64,000 bases of DNA from Octopus vulgaris (taxonomy: Eukaryota): the NCBI GenBank assembly GCA_951406725.2, contig OX597814.1, forward strand, positions 207,886,001 through 207,950,000, written 5' to 3'. The first letter of the stretch is position 1. The number at the start of each line of letters is the position of its first letter. The position numbers and the translations under genes are program-made. The notes beneath the pieces are model-generated. The model was not told where the DNA came from. It made no database searches and was given only the letters and a program-made list of their open reading frames with translations. Below are positions 36,947-49,666 of this stretch, piece by piece.

Positions 36947-38311
36947 TGTGATGTACTAAGGAGCCATTCTCGTCACCTCGCTTCGCATGGAACAGCTAGT
37001 CTTTGGCTGCATTTTGGACCCTGTTGTGTCCACTACCCTGCTTGGTTGGTATTGGCGTAATTTGTCTCTTACTCTATCGCACCAATACATAGCATATAAC
37101 CAACCGAAGCCCCTGAATAAGGTCACGTGTGACAGCCTGTTCTCGACTCAGTTTTTGAGCCTACAACTCCTAATAAAAACCCAACTTCTCCTCATCTCGA
37201 TGTCTTTCGGTTCCAGACCTCTTAAGGTCTCGCCACTGACCGCACAAGACACAGCCAGTTCTAGTAACAACACAACAGCAGCCACGTGGAGACTCACCAA
37301 CTTCGTCCAACAGCATTCGGCGACCTCCATCTCTGTCACCACCATCATCCTAACGTCAACATCTCTCTACATACACAACTCAACAAGCAACTCACCCTGG
37401 TTATAAAACTGTACTGTTCGTGAATTACTTCACCATGGATCAACAGCGAATATACAACCTGCGAGAACTCCTGTACTCCTGTACCAAGTGACCCAGGCAG
37501 CAGCATCACAGCCACAACTTCACATACGACATGCACCGCAACCGGCTCTGCATCATCACTGCAACTTTTTGATACAGTATTTCAACTACCGTGTACAATT
37601 GACTATGAACTGATATTTATCATTCTTGTATCTATGATCTTACTCCTCATTTCAATGGCTACAGACTCTTTCGTGGAGGCGCAATGGCCCAGTGGTTAGG
37701 GCAGCAGACTCGCGGTCATAGGATCGCGGTTTCAATTCCCAGACCGGGCGTTGTGAGTGTTTATTGAGCGAAAACACATAAAAAGCTCCACGAGGCTCCG
37801 GCAGGGGATGGTGGTGATCCCTGCTGTACTCTTTCACCACAACTTTCTCTCACTCTTACTTCCTCTTTCTGTTGTACCTGTATTTCAAAGGGCTGGCCTT
37901 GTCACTCTCTGTGCCATGCTGAATATCCCCGAGAACTACGTTAAGGGTACACGTGTCTGTGGAGTGCTCAGCCACTTACACGTTAATTTCACGAGCAGGC
38001 TGTTCCGTTGATTCGGATCAACCGGAACCCTCGTCGTCGTAACCGACGGAGTGCTTCCATCCCAGAGACTCTTTCACTGTCTCTTCTTCATCGCCACCTT
38101 TATATGTTCTTAACACGTATACATCTATGCCTACATACACATGCATACATCTTATTCTTATGACGTCCTGTCTATTATTCTATATATACGATGCACACAT
38201 AGTCACACATGTTAACATATCAATAAATCTTTTTTTAAACATTCTACCCGGTTGTGTCTCTTATTTCCCTCTGGCAAATATATGCATTATTCTATTTATA
38301 TAATACTCTCA
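36947..38311 (+). mobile_element. Possible solo LTR (interrupted by SINE S3)
   Basis: GC-richer block bounded by TGTGATGTA...TACTCTCA with AATAAA near the 3' end; no clear TSD. Confidence 0.35.
37673..38065 (+). mobile_element. tRNA-headed SINE, family S3
   Basis: A-box TGGCCCAGTGG, B-box-like GTTTCAATTCC; 10-bp TSD AGACTCTTTC. Confidence 0.8.
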
Positions 38312-38329
38312 CTTAAGTTTCCTGCATTC

Positions 38330-38626
38330 AAGCGAGGTCATCGCCAATGCCGCTGGACTGGCTCCTGTGCAGGTGGCATGTAAAAAACACCATTTGAGCG
38401 TGGCTGTTGCCAGTACCGCCTGACTGGCCCTCATGCTGGTGGCACGTAAAAGCACCCACTACACTCTCGGAGTGGTTGGCGTTAGGAAGGGCATCCAGCT
38501 GTAGAAACTCTGCCAGATCAGATTTGAGCCTGGTGCAGCCATCTGGTTTGCCAGTCCTCAGTCAAACTGTCCAACCCATGCTAGCATGGAAAGTGGATGT
38601 TAAACGATGGTGATGATGATGATGAT
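38330..38626 (+). mobile_element. RTE LINE 3' end
   Basis: Hairpin units plus the conserved terminus; similar copies at 46376-46645, 50747-51031 and 61686-61973. Confidence 0.75.
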
Positions 38627-38789
38627 TTTTGCCCTGAGCTCAAATGCCACCAAGGATGACTTTGCCTTTCATCTTTTAAGGGTTGATGAAATAAGTACCA
38701 GTTGAGCACTGGGATCAATTTATTTGACCAACTTCCTCCCCCAAACTTTCAGGCCTTGTTCTTATTGTAGAAAGGATTCTGTTGTTCTT

Positions 38790-39186
38790 TTATTCTTTTA
38801 CTTGTTTCAGTCATTTGACTGCAGCTATGCTGGAACACCACCTCGTAGGGTTTTAGTTGAGCAAATCAACCCCAGGACTTATTTCTTAAGCCTAGTACTT
38901 ATTCTATCAGTCTCTTTTGCCAAACTACTAAGTTACAGGGATGTAAACACACCAACACCAGTTGTCAAGCAGTGATGCGGGAATGAACAGAAACAAAGAC
39001 ACACACACACACACATACATATATATACATATGATGGTCATCTTTCAGTTTTCATCTACCAAATCCACACACAAGGCTTTGGTTGGTCCGAGGCTATAGT
39101 AGAAGACACTTGCCCAAGGTGTCACACAGTGGGACTGAACCCAGAACCATCTGGTAGCGAAGCAAGTTTCTTACCACACACAGCCA
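38790..39186 (-). mobile_element. SINE S1 (older copy)
   Basis: Diverged full-length reverse copy. Confidence 0.75.
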
Positions 39187-40565
39187 TTTAGTACATTTAC
39201 CTGTTCCAACTACAATTGTTTGAACTATACATGAATTTTCAGCACAAAGCTCTCAGTATTTTTCATGTTTTAATACTTAGAAAGGTTTTCTACCACTTTC
39301 AAAGCATTATTGTTATACACTGCATTTGAAATTTGTTTAATCTTATATATTTATATTTTTTCATATATTTTAGTTTGAGGAGTGGTTGTGCCCATATCTT
39401 TTGTGAATCTTCCCACACTGGTGATATCATTGTAGGATGATTAATAGTATTTTATATTTCAAGTTATTGATAATAATAATAATAATAATAATAATAAAAC
39501 ATTGTGTACAGTGCTCAGGTGCACTACAACTCATCTAAAGTGTATGTATAGTACATAGGGTAATGTACAAGCGTCAGGAAAAGAACAGTGCATGAGTCAT
39601 GACATACACATATGTGTATGAGTATGGAAGGGGGACAATCAGGTGTAGTTTCGGCGGATTTCGGAAAGCATGAGGGCCTTAAAGGATATTTGGGTAATGC
39701 AATTACTTCTCTGACCCCATTAATTTCATATCAAAAATCTTAAAAGATCGTGGATACAGTCTTAACCTTATCATTACCAACCCGGCTGAAACCGGCTCTG
39801 GCTCTGTAGTACAAATGTCTTGTTTTCATAAGTTTTAACCCTTTAGCATTTAAACCAGCCATATCCGGCCAAAAGTATTCTGCCTGTTTTATGTTCAAAC
39901 TGGCCAGATCTGGTTTCTCACACCAACCCTACAATATCATTTTAAAAATTAACAGCTACCCCATCAAAATCTCATAGCTACAAGATAATGCATGATTAGG
40001 GTTCAAACAACCACCTCCTCCATGTGGATAAAATGCATTAATTTGGGCAGTTACCACTAATGTGAACACTAAATCTATGTTGCCCATTAATATGACGCCC
40101 TCCCCAAATCTTAGTCACAATTTATGTTACTGTCTGGTAACACTAGCTTAAGTGATGACCCAGTTATTTTGGATGAGGAATTCTTTGTTAGTATTTAAAA
40201 TTAATTGAAAGAAAATTGAAGTCATTTCATTGGAAGAATATTTGTAGTGAACATTAAATGGAAGTGGTTCATCAATGGCATAGCTCGAGTGTATGCCATC
40301 CAAGGTAGCCCTTCAGTTTCCTGCCCCAGTCCAGGCCCTCAAGCCTATGATTTTCAGCCAAATCTATGTTGCCCATTAATATGACGCCCTCCCCACATCT
40401 TCACGAATTTCGCTCTTTGATACTGTCTGGTATATAACACTCTTAAGTTTCCTGCCTACTGGGCCCCATCCTATCTTGTGGATGAGGAATTTTATCAGAA
40501 TTCAAATGTAGTACTTTAACCCCCTTAAAGTATCAGAAAATTGAAGTCATTTCATTGGAAGAATA

Positions 40566-41173
40566 TGCATTAAAAATGGAAAAAAAATTATGGTAAATTT
40601 TTTTTAAATCGTTGACTCATCGTAGACATTTTTAGAGAGTTACTTCCCTTATATAATAGCGAAAAAATGCATTAAAATGGAAAAAAATGATGGTAAATTT
40701 TTTTTAAATCGTTGACTCATCGTAGACATTTTTAGAGAGTTACTTCCCTTATATAATAGCGAAAAAATGCATTAAAATGGAAAAAAATTATGGTAAATTT
40801 TTTTAAATCGTTGACTCATCGTAGACATTTTTAGAGAGTTATTTGCCTTATATAATAGCGAAAAAAATGCATTAAAATGGAAAAAAATGATGGTAAATTT
40901 TTTTTTAAATCGTTGACTCATCGTAGACATTTTTAGAGAGTTATTTGCTTTATATAACAGCGAAAAAAATGCATTAAAATGGAAAAAAATGATGGTAAAT
41001 TTTTTTTTAAAATCGTAGACTCATCGTAGACACGTGCTAATACCCAGAAGGGCTCGATATGAATCACGACTATAAGATACCCGGTTTTGGTTACACTGCA
41101 CCACAAAATGTGGGAGTAGTTAGGAATCTAAATCGTAGGAGACAGACACACAACCTTACTTTATATATAAAGA
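40566..41173 (-). mobile_element. Helitron H1 with about 5 internal ~100-bp tandem units
   Basis: GACTCATCGTAGAC-containing block recurs at about 40611, 40711, 40810, 40912 and 41015; 5' TC end at 41173. Confidence 0.8.
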
Positions 41174-41565
41174 TAAGAAATCTACAAAAGATAATTTTTT
41201 TCATGTTTCTTTTAATACATAATATAAAAAAGAAGAATAACAAACACAATGTGATATTAAACGTAGAGGGAAAGTTCAGTCTTTTAACTGGTATGCGTTT
41301 AGTGTTGAACATTTAGCAATGTGGATATTCTTTGAATATATAGAGCAACACGATTCCTAATGAATACCACTAAAGAAAGAGAAATAAGTAAATAAGTTTG
41401 TAGCAAGGTTCTGGTAATCATCAATCAACACAGCAATACTAGATAATGTATGTTTTTGTTTTCAATGTTTCATTATGTTTCCAGGGATATAACACTTCAA
41501 ATAAAAAATATTAGTTGTTTTAGTTTTTATGAGGCAAGGCGGGCACTAATTCAAGCTCATTTACT

Positions 41566-42183
41566 TTAAACCTGCAGCAACAGAGCTACTCCACCAAGGA
41601 CCCACTTGCTCGATTTCTCTTTTGATTTCAAATTAAATGTCCATACAAATGTCGGGCCTCGCTGTTTGGTCTTATAGACAGGACACTGATAAACAGTTTT
41701 AGTATCCTGTCTGTCAACTGGAACGGCTTTAATGAATATCACAGGCATTACTGGAGTGAGATCTTTTAGCCGTGACTCAGCAATCATCCCACTCTGCATG
41801 TCCCACCGAGCACCTTCCATAAAGAGCCCATGAATGTAAGCTCCTTCTCGAGGTGGTCCTGCCATGTCGTCTCGCATTTTCTTGGTCACATCACACTGAA
41901 GACACATCTTGTCTAGTGGCCATTCACTTTTACGTGCCATTTGCTGCATGATAGCTGTGAGAAAGGACTGTGGGTTAAAGAAGCCAGCCAGCCAAACAGC
42001 TGCTGGTAGCTGAAAGTCTGTTACCCAACTCTCTAGTTCCTTCACACGTTGCAAAAGATCTGCATACCATGTGGTGAGGTTGTACAGAGAAGGGTATGCC
42101 CTTTTTGCCCAGTTGCCTGGCACTTGATCCATAAAAAGAGAGTTGCTTAGTTCTTCCATGTCTGAGGTGATTGTCAATTCACC
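41566..42183 (-). CDS. Dynein heavy chain terminal coding exon ([10 protein letters not shown]...ALLLQV*)
   Basis: tttcag| acceptor, TAA stop at 41566-41568; canonical C-terminal domain. Confidence 0.95.
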   Translation of the reverse strand, partial: GELTITSDMEELSNSLFMDQVPGNWAKRAYPSLYNLTTWYADLLQRVKELESWVTDFQLPAAVWLAGFFNPQSFLTAIMQQMARKSEWPLDKMCLQCDVTKKMRDDMAGPPREGAYIHGLFMEGARWDMQSGMIAESRLKDLTPVMPVIFIKAVPVDRQDTKTVYQCPVYKTKQRGPTFVWTFNLKSKEKSSKWVLGGVALLLQV

Positions 42184-42272
42184 CTGAAAAAGAAACAAGG
42201 TAAGTGGTGAACAAATTAATGAACAAATTAAATTTTTATCCTAATTTATAAGGAGCAAAATCAAAATCATTT

Positions 42273-42764
42273 CGATGACTGGCATCCGTGCTAGCGGGGT
42301 GCAAAGAGCACCATACGAGTGTGATCGTTGACAGAGCGGCTATTCGAGTATGATCGTTACCAGTGTCGCCTTACTGGCAATTATGCCTGGGCTAGTAGGG
42401 TGCCAAGAACACCATCCGAGCGTAATCGTTGCCAGAGCAGCCAACTGGCTTCCGTACCCATGGCACGTAAAAGGGCACCATTCGAGCGTGATCGTTACCA
42501 ACGTTGCTTCACTGGCACCTGTGTCAGTGGCACGTGTAAAAAGATTCGAGCGAGGTCATTGCCTGACTGGCCCTGAGCCGGTGGCATGTAAAAAGCACCC
42601 ACTACACTCTCGGAGTGGTTGGCGTTAGGAAGGGCATCCAGCTGTAGAAACTCTGCCAGATCAAGACTGGTGCCTGGTGCAGCCATCAGGTTGCCAACCC
42701 TCAGTCAAAACCGTCCAACCCATGCTAGCATGGAAAACGGACGTTAAACGATGATGATGATGAT
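42273..42764 (+). mobile_element. RTE LINE 3' end with about 5 degenerate repeat units
   Basis: Repeated CACCATxCGAGCGTGATCGTT...GCCAG..CTGGC units, then the terminus. Confidence 0.75.
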
Positions 42765-42789
42765 TAACTGTATGCATGGTGTGTTTTAA

Positions 42790-43009
42790 CCCTTTAGTGT
42801 TTAAACCGGCCATATCCGGCCCAAATATTCTACATGTTTTATATTCAAACTGGCCATATCTAGCCTCTCACACCTAACCTACATTGACATTCTAAAAATA
42901 AACTATCATATCATTGAAACCTAAAAGCTATAACATAATGCATGATTAATTCAAAACAATTTGAGTGAAAAAGTATTACATTTAATAGAGAAATTTAAAC
43001 ACCAAAGGG
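42790..43009. mobile_element. TTAA-flanked (piggyBac-like) MITE, family B
   Basis: TTAA|CCCTTTAGTGTTTAAA ... TTTAAACACCAAAGGG|TTAA; another copy starts at 39839, nested in family A. Confidence 0.75.
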
Positions 43010-43035
43010 TTAAAAAACATTAACAATGATTTTAC

Positions 43036-43224
43036 CTTTAAACCTAAATCAAGTTCTTTTAGGGTCCTTCTAATTTCCGATGTTAACAAGTTCATTCGTT
43101 CGCATTCTTGGAATGCTACGACTACATAGGGAGTTCTTTCTTCTAAGGGAACTTTAGCCATTATTTCTGCCATGATAAATTCTTCTGGTAATTTTTCAAT
43201 AATTTCATCCAAAATTGACTTTAC
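43036..43224 (-). CDS. Dynein heavy chain exon ([16 protein letters not shown]...QECERMN...LGLK)
   Basis: atgtag| acceptor, AAG|GTAAAA donor. Confidence 0.94.
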
Positions 43225-43420
43225 CTACATAAAGATAAACAGGAAGGTATCAAGATCTTTTTAAAAAAATATCATCTGGCAACAGAGTGTTGTCTATACT
43301 TTGGTATGGATTTGTGTGTGTGCATGCATGCATGTATGCATGTGTGTGCATGTGTGCAGTTATACATTTAAATATACTTAGAACAACACAATCTACACAT
43401 GTAAATATTGAAATAAATAA

Positions 43421-43455
<35 letters not shown>

Positions 43456-43457
<2 letters not shown>

Positions 43458-43855
43458 CACAGGAGTGGCTGTGTGGTAAGTAGCTTGCTAACCAACCACA
43501 TGGTTCCGGGTTCAGTCCCACTGCGTGGCATCTTGGGCAAGTGTCTTCTGCTATAGCCCTGGGCCGACCAATGCCTTGTGAGTGGATTTGGTAGACGGAA
43601 ACTGAAAGAAGCCTGTCGTATATATGTATATATATATATATATATATGTGTGTGTCTGTGTTTGTCCCCCAACATCGCTTGACAACCGATGCTGGTGTGT
43701 TTACGTCCCTGTAACTTGGCGGTTCAGCAAAAGAGACCGATAGAATAAGTACTAGGCTTACAAAGAATAAGTCCTGGAGTCGATTTGCTTGACTAAAGGC
43801 GGTGCTCCAGCATGGCCGCAGTCAAATGACTGAAACAAGTAAAAGAGTAAAAGAG
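43456..43855 (+). mobile_element. SINE S1
   Basis: Full-length copy after a (TA)n tract. Confidence 0.85.
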
Positions 43856-44516
43856 ATATCTATTCTTAATACATCTAGTATAATTTGAAGTTCCTAAAAC
43901 CTTATGAAGGTGCATAGCCAAGCAGTTAAGGGGTGTTGCACATACAATTGCAAGATTTTGGTTTTAGCTCCCCAAACCACGTCACTTTAATCCACTCAGC
44001 TGTAAATGAGTAACCCTGTGATGGATTATCATCCTGTTCAGGGGCAATGTTGCAATCTTGGTCACTTATGCACCATAGGAACTGGGTAACCAGCTCAGTG
44101 AACCCTAGGACTCAAGACTGTACTTTATCTTATTTTTTAAAACATTAAATTATATTTTTTAAACTCTGAAGTGCATCTAAATAGATGCCTGAGGTGGCAT
44201 AACCATTTTAGAACCATTTTTCTCTCTCTTCTATCAATCAATAACGGAGCTTCTATGGGATCACTTGTCTTGCTAGAAATAGCAGCTAAATCTCTTTCAA
44301 ACTGCACCCTACTGTTTTTAAAATGGGAGGACACATACGATGTAGTCCAAGATAGACTGTGAATGAAAACAAAGATGAAGGTCATAGCTGGAATGTCTCC
44401 AATTCTAAATCAACTTGATTAGGACTTCCTTTCAGTTAAACAAATTACCGCCACATGAAGAACACTTTTCATGGATATACATATCGTTTTATTTTACATG
44501 TGCTTGCATCCAGGCA

Positions 44517-45069
<553 letters not shown>

Positions 45070-45101
45070 AAAACATAAATGTAAAAGAACTGGATGCTTA
45101 C

Positions 45102-45344
45102 CTTTTCTTCTCGGCTAACACCAGCTTCTGAATCGCTCCCTGCATCCCGGGGCTGCATTTCAAATACTGTGCGGAAAAGATGCTCTGATGTACTTGTGAG
45201 GAATTCAATTTCTGCATTTGGATGTAAACCATATAAATAGGGACTTTCTAGCGGCATCATCTCATCAATATATGTGTGATAGCCCTTGTAGTCAATATTT
45301 GGTGGAATTGGGAATCCAGGAGCCAAATAGAGCTCTGTATCAAG
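45102..45344 (-). CDS. Dynein heavy chain exon ([11 protein letters not shown]...[14 protein letters not shown]...SREEK)
   Basis: ttacag| acceptor, AAG|GTAAGC donor. Confidence 0.94.
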
Positions 45345-45730
45345 CTGTAATGTAATATAGAATAAAAAAGTTAGTGGATGTAGATGATAAACAAAGCGTA
45401 GTAGTCATGTGGGAACTGAATTAAAGTGTTGTATTTTGTTTTATTTTTTGTGTTACTATGGGGTAGAAAGGGCTCCTTAGCCGTAGTGAAGGCAATCTAT
45501 CTAGGGAGATAACCTTACAATAAATCACTGGGTCCGTAGCTTAGAAATACTGGGTTGACGTCCAGCGGGAACAGCTTTGTTTCATGGAGGAGGAAAGATC
45601 TTCTTTAGTACTTGGTTGTACAATGCTTTCCAATGTGTGTAGTAGTGGCGCGCGCACACATTATTAGCCATTTGAAAAGACTATGAAAGTCTCGACCACG
45701 GTCGAACAATGATGATGATGATGATGATGA

Positions 45731-46296
45731 TTGGGTTGTCCGGAAAGTTTGTGGCGATTTATAGTAGCTTACCTTTTGACTTATTTTAGAACATGGTTGA
45801 GTCCATAAAATAGGATTTGACTACACCTCCATTTAGATCACAGTTTAAGCTATCTTTTCGTGGAAGAAGGTTTATGTTCCTATAACCTGTGTTAATTCTG
45901 TAACCCTTTAAAATGGAAGATAAGAAAGTTCATTTTCAGCACTTGATGCATTGGGAACCAGACAAAAATTGCTGCAGCTCAGCTGGGATGTCTTACCCCA
46001 CCTTCCATATTCACCAGATATTGCTCCTTCAGATTTCCACTTATTCAGGTCTCTGCAGAATAGTCTTAATGGTAAAAATTTCAATTCCTTGGATGACATA
46101 AAAAGATACTTTGATGAATTCTTTGCCATGAAACCACCTCAATTCTGGGAAGAGGGTATTTTCAAGTTAAAGCAAAGATGGAGACGCATTGTGCAACAAA
46201 ATGATTCATATTTGGTTGATTAAAAATGTAATGGCAAGTATTTATTGACCTTTTTCTTTCCTTTAAAAATTGGCATGAACTTTCTGGACAACCCAA
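45731..46296 (+). mobile_element. Internally deleted mariner with both TIRs
   Basis: TIRs TTGGGTTGTCCGGAAAGTT / AACTTTCTGGACAACCCAA followed by TA; N-terminal MEDKKVHFQH joined to C-terminal YSPDIAPSDFHLFRSLQN. Confidence 0.85.
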
Positions 46297-46847
46297 TAGT
46301 AGTACTGGAAATGCTAATAATGGCAATAGTGATGATGATGATGAGGGTGTAGTATTTATTTATCATAATAACAAATGACCGAGACCTTTGGCAATATACT
46401 GCACTTGAAAAGGAAGATCCATCAAGCAAGTGAAATCATAATTGAGGCAGATACTGGTGTATTGCAGCTGGTACCTGTGCCGATGGTACATAAAAGCACC
46501 CATTACACTCTCAGAGTGGTTGGCACTAGGAAGGGTATCCAGCTGTAGAAACCATGCCAAATCAGACTGGAGTCTGGTGGAGCCCCTCAACTTACCAGCC
46601 CTGGTTAAACCATCCAACCCATGTCAGCATGGACAAATGGACACTAATGGACAGCTGCTGCTGGTTGTGGTGGTGTGGTGGTGGTGGTGGTGATGATGAT
46701 GATGATGATGATGAGGAGGAGGAGGAGGAGGAAGAGGAAGAGGAAAGGAAGAGGAAATATTATTTTTGGAAGGAGGATGCTAGTAAAATGGGAAGTAATG
46801 CCAAGGAAGATAGTAATGGTGGTAGTAGTAATAGGCAACGGACTCAC

Positions 46848-47159
46848 CATGTCTGGATGCATGTACACTTCAAGATAAGTTATACAAAGTCGTCTGTCCC
46901 AGTCATCTGTGATGTGCCCTCCGTACATGATTTCTCCAAAAAGATAGCGTAAATCCTCCCAGGGGACTTTGCTGTTGGCTTCCAAGTAGTTGTACAGCAC
47001 ATTAACACTGATTGTCAGATCACCAACATTAAAAGGGTAAATTCGGTTCCAGCCCTGGGGTCCAAACTTTCTCCGTTCTTGAACAACGGCATGGAAATAG
47101 CAGAGAGCAAATAAAATGCTCTTAAACTCTACTTCTCGGGCACACTTTTCCAAAGTGTC
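46848..47159 (-). CDS. Dynein heavy chain exon (DTLEKC...[11 protein letters not shown]...[12 protein letters not shown]...HPDM)
   Basis: tttaaag| acceptor, ATG|GTGAGT donor; highly conserved dynein motifs. Confidence 0.94.
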
Positions 47160-47415
47160 CTTTAAACAGATGGATAATAAAGAAATCAGAAACACATACA
47201 TAAGAAAATAATAGGCAAATAGTAACAGGTAAATGCTATATTGAAATATAACAGGTGTAAATTAACACACTAATTGTCATCATTCTTTTTATTCTGCTCA
47301 CTATTTCTGGAAGGGCCATAGGGATAAAGTCCCCAAGCATGTCCTCCATAGGATCCTATCAGAAGCAACCATCATTACACCTTCCAGTTGAATTTTCAAA
47401 CAATTTTCGAACTTT

Positions 47416-47955
47416 AGGTCTCACTGAGGAAATGACTAGAGACCAAGACCTTTGGAAGTATGCTGTGCGTGAGAAGACCCGGTAGGACAAGTGAGATGTA
47501 CATGGGATGTAGCTGGTCCACTTATGCATACCTTTCCTTCTTGGGACACAAAACTCTACTTGTGAAGACCTGTTGAGGCAAGTGAAAATCGAAATCGATC
47601 AACATCAATGGAAATTGCAGCTGTGATACCAGTGCCGGTGGTACGTAAGAGAACCATCCGAACGTGGCCGTTGCCAACGCCGCCCCGACTAGCCTCGTGC
47701 CGGTGGCACGTAAAAAGCACCATCCAATCGTGGCCGTTTGCCAGCCTCATCTGGCACCTGTGCCGGTGGCACGTAAAAGCACCCACTACACTCACGGAGT
47801 GGTTGGTGTTAGGAAGGGCATCCAGCTGTAGAAACATTGCCAGATCAGACTGGGCCTGGTGCAGCCTTCTGGCTTCCCAGACCCCAGTTGAACCGTCCAA
47901 CCCATGCTCGCATGGAAAGCAGACGCTAACCGATGATGATGATGATGATGATGAC
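47416..47955 (+). mobile_element. RTE LINE ORF end and 3' UTR
   Basis: ggtctcactgaggaaatgactagagaccaagacctttgg matches the ORF tail of the longer copies; followed by the array and terminus. Confidence 0.75.
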
Positions 47956-48594
47956 CAACTGAGACTATGGATATTATCCAATCATCTCAATCTTGGCCTA
48001 CCCCTTGGTCTCCAACTGATTGGCACAGCTTGAAGAGCTTGTTCTGAGATTCTTTCCTCCAACATTCTAATCACGTTCTAATCAAATATCACATACAAAT
48101 AAGAATTACAAATGTAACATGTAAATATAAAATACAAATATAACATATAACACAAATATTGCATATCATGTACAAATATTACATAGACAAGGGATTATCT
48201 GTGTAATTCTGTACAGAACAAACAGAACAAGGAACACGGCTCAAAAGCACCAGTTTTTTTTTTGGGTTGCCAGTATTATTAAGGTGGCAAACTGGCAGAA
48301 CTGTTCTCAGTGCAAGTTCTGCTGAGGTTGACTTTGCCTTTCATCCCTTTCAGGGTCAATAAAATAAGTACCAGCAGAGCACTGGGGTTGATGCTCATCA
48401 TGCAAACATACAAATATCACATGATACATATATATAATACAGAAACATACAAATTGAAATCTGGGTCCTCAAGGTTGACAAATCATGATGGCTTGGCAGA
48501 TTCAAGGACTGAATTTACCAACATTCTATTGTACCCCGAGTCCTATTACATTTACTGATCTACTGGATTACATTACCAAAACAGAGTCCCTTAA

Positions 48595-48815
48595 CCCTTT
48601 CGTTACCAACCCGGCTGAAACCGGCTCTGGCTCTGTAGTACAAATGTCTTGTTTTCATAAGTTTAGAATTAAAATCTTCCACCAAATCTTAGTCACAATT
48701 TATGTTCCTAACACTAGCTGAATGATAACTAAGTTATTTTACTAAATTCTTTGTTATATTTAAAATAATTGAAAGAAATACAGAACATCTCAAAATAAAT
48801 ATGGTAATGAAAGAG
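48595..48815. mobile_element. TTAA-flanked (piggyBac-like) MITE, family A
   Basis: TTAA|CCCTTTCGTTACCA ... TGGTAATGAAAGAG|TTAA; partial copies at about 78-208 and from 39762. Confidence 0.75.
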
Positions 48816-48949
48816 TTAAAAGGAAGATCAGTGGCTTTCTCTAAAAATGTTTGGGATTTCATGCAGTCTAAATGGTGTAGCACCGTATGGGACTAGTAAC
48901 ATCTTGCAGCTCCCGTTCATTGTGTTCTCACTGAAGAATTTCAAATAAC

Positions 48950-49447
48950 ATGAGGATCAGAAATGGAAATCGATCAATGGAAATTGCAGATGTGTTACCA
49001 GTGCCGGTGGCATGTCGAAACTCTACTTGTGAAGACCCGTTGAGGCAAGTGAGGATCAGAATGGAAATCGATCAATGGAAATTGCAGATGTGTTACCAGT
49101 GCCGGTGGCATGTAAGAGAACCTTCCGTTTCGCGACTGTTGCCAGCACCGCCCCGTTTCGTGTCCGTTGCCAGCCTCGCCTGGCCCTTGTGCCAGTGGCA
49201 CATAAAAAGCACCATCCGTTCGTGGCCGTTTGCCAGCTCTGTCTGGCACCTGTGCGGGTGGCACGTAAAAAGCACCCACTACACTCATGGAGTGGTTGGC
49301 GTTAGGAAGGGCATCCAGCCGTAGAAACACTGCCAGATTTGACTGGGCCTGATGAAGCCTTCTGGCTTCACAGACCCCAGTAGAACCGTCCAACCCATGC
49401 TGGCATGGAAAACGGACGCTAAACGATGATGATGATGATGATGATGA
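48950..49447 (+). mobile_element. RTE LINE 3' UTR with an internal ~100-bp duplication
   Basis: gaggatcagaa...gtgccggtggcatgt occurs twice; same structure at 63683-64000. Confidence 0.75.
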
Positions 49448-49666
49448 GTAAGAGAGGACTTACCTTATATGGACTCCTGCTGGCTTCAATGTAAGAACAG
49501 AGAGGAAATGGAAGGCAGAGAAAGCAGAGCAAGTGGATGAATCACACCTAATTCAAAAGAAGCTGGTGAACATCTTGACAATTGGCAGAGCAGGCTAAGG
49601 TTTTTGTTCTTGCTTTTGTTTTTTTTTCCAAATACACATGTTGGTAAAGCCCAGGGAAAAGAGAAG

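Noticed and set aside
36987-37406. 139-aa intergenic ORF
   Set aside because: Low-complexity Ser/Thr/Leu sequence, no homology recognised, and inside a probable repeat.
37676-37748. tRNA genes (also the heads at 4442, 30556 and 51278)
   Set aside because: A/B boxes are present but there is no proper cloverleaf; each runs into a SINE body and tail, several with TSDs.
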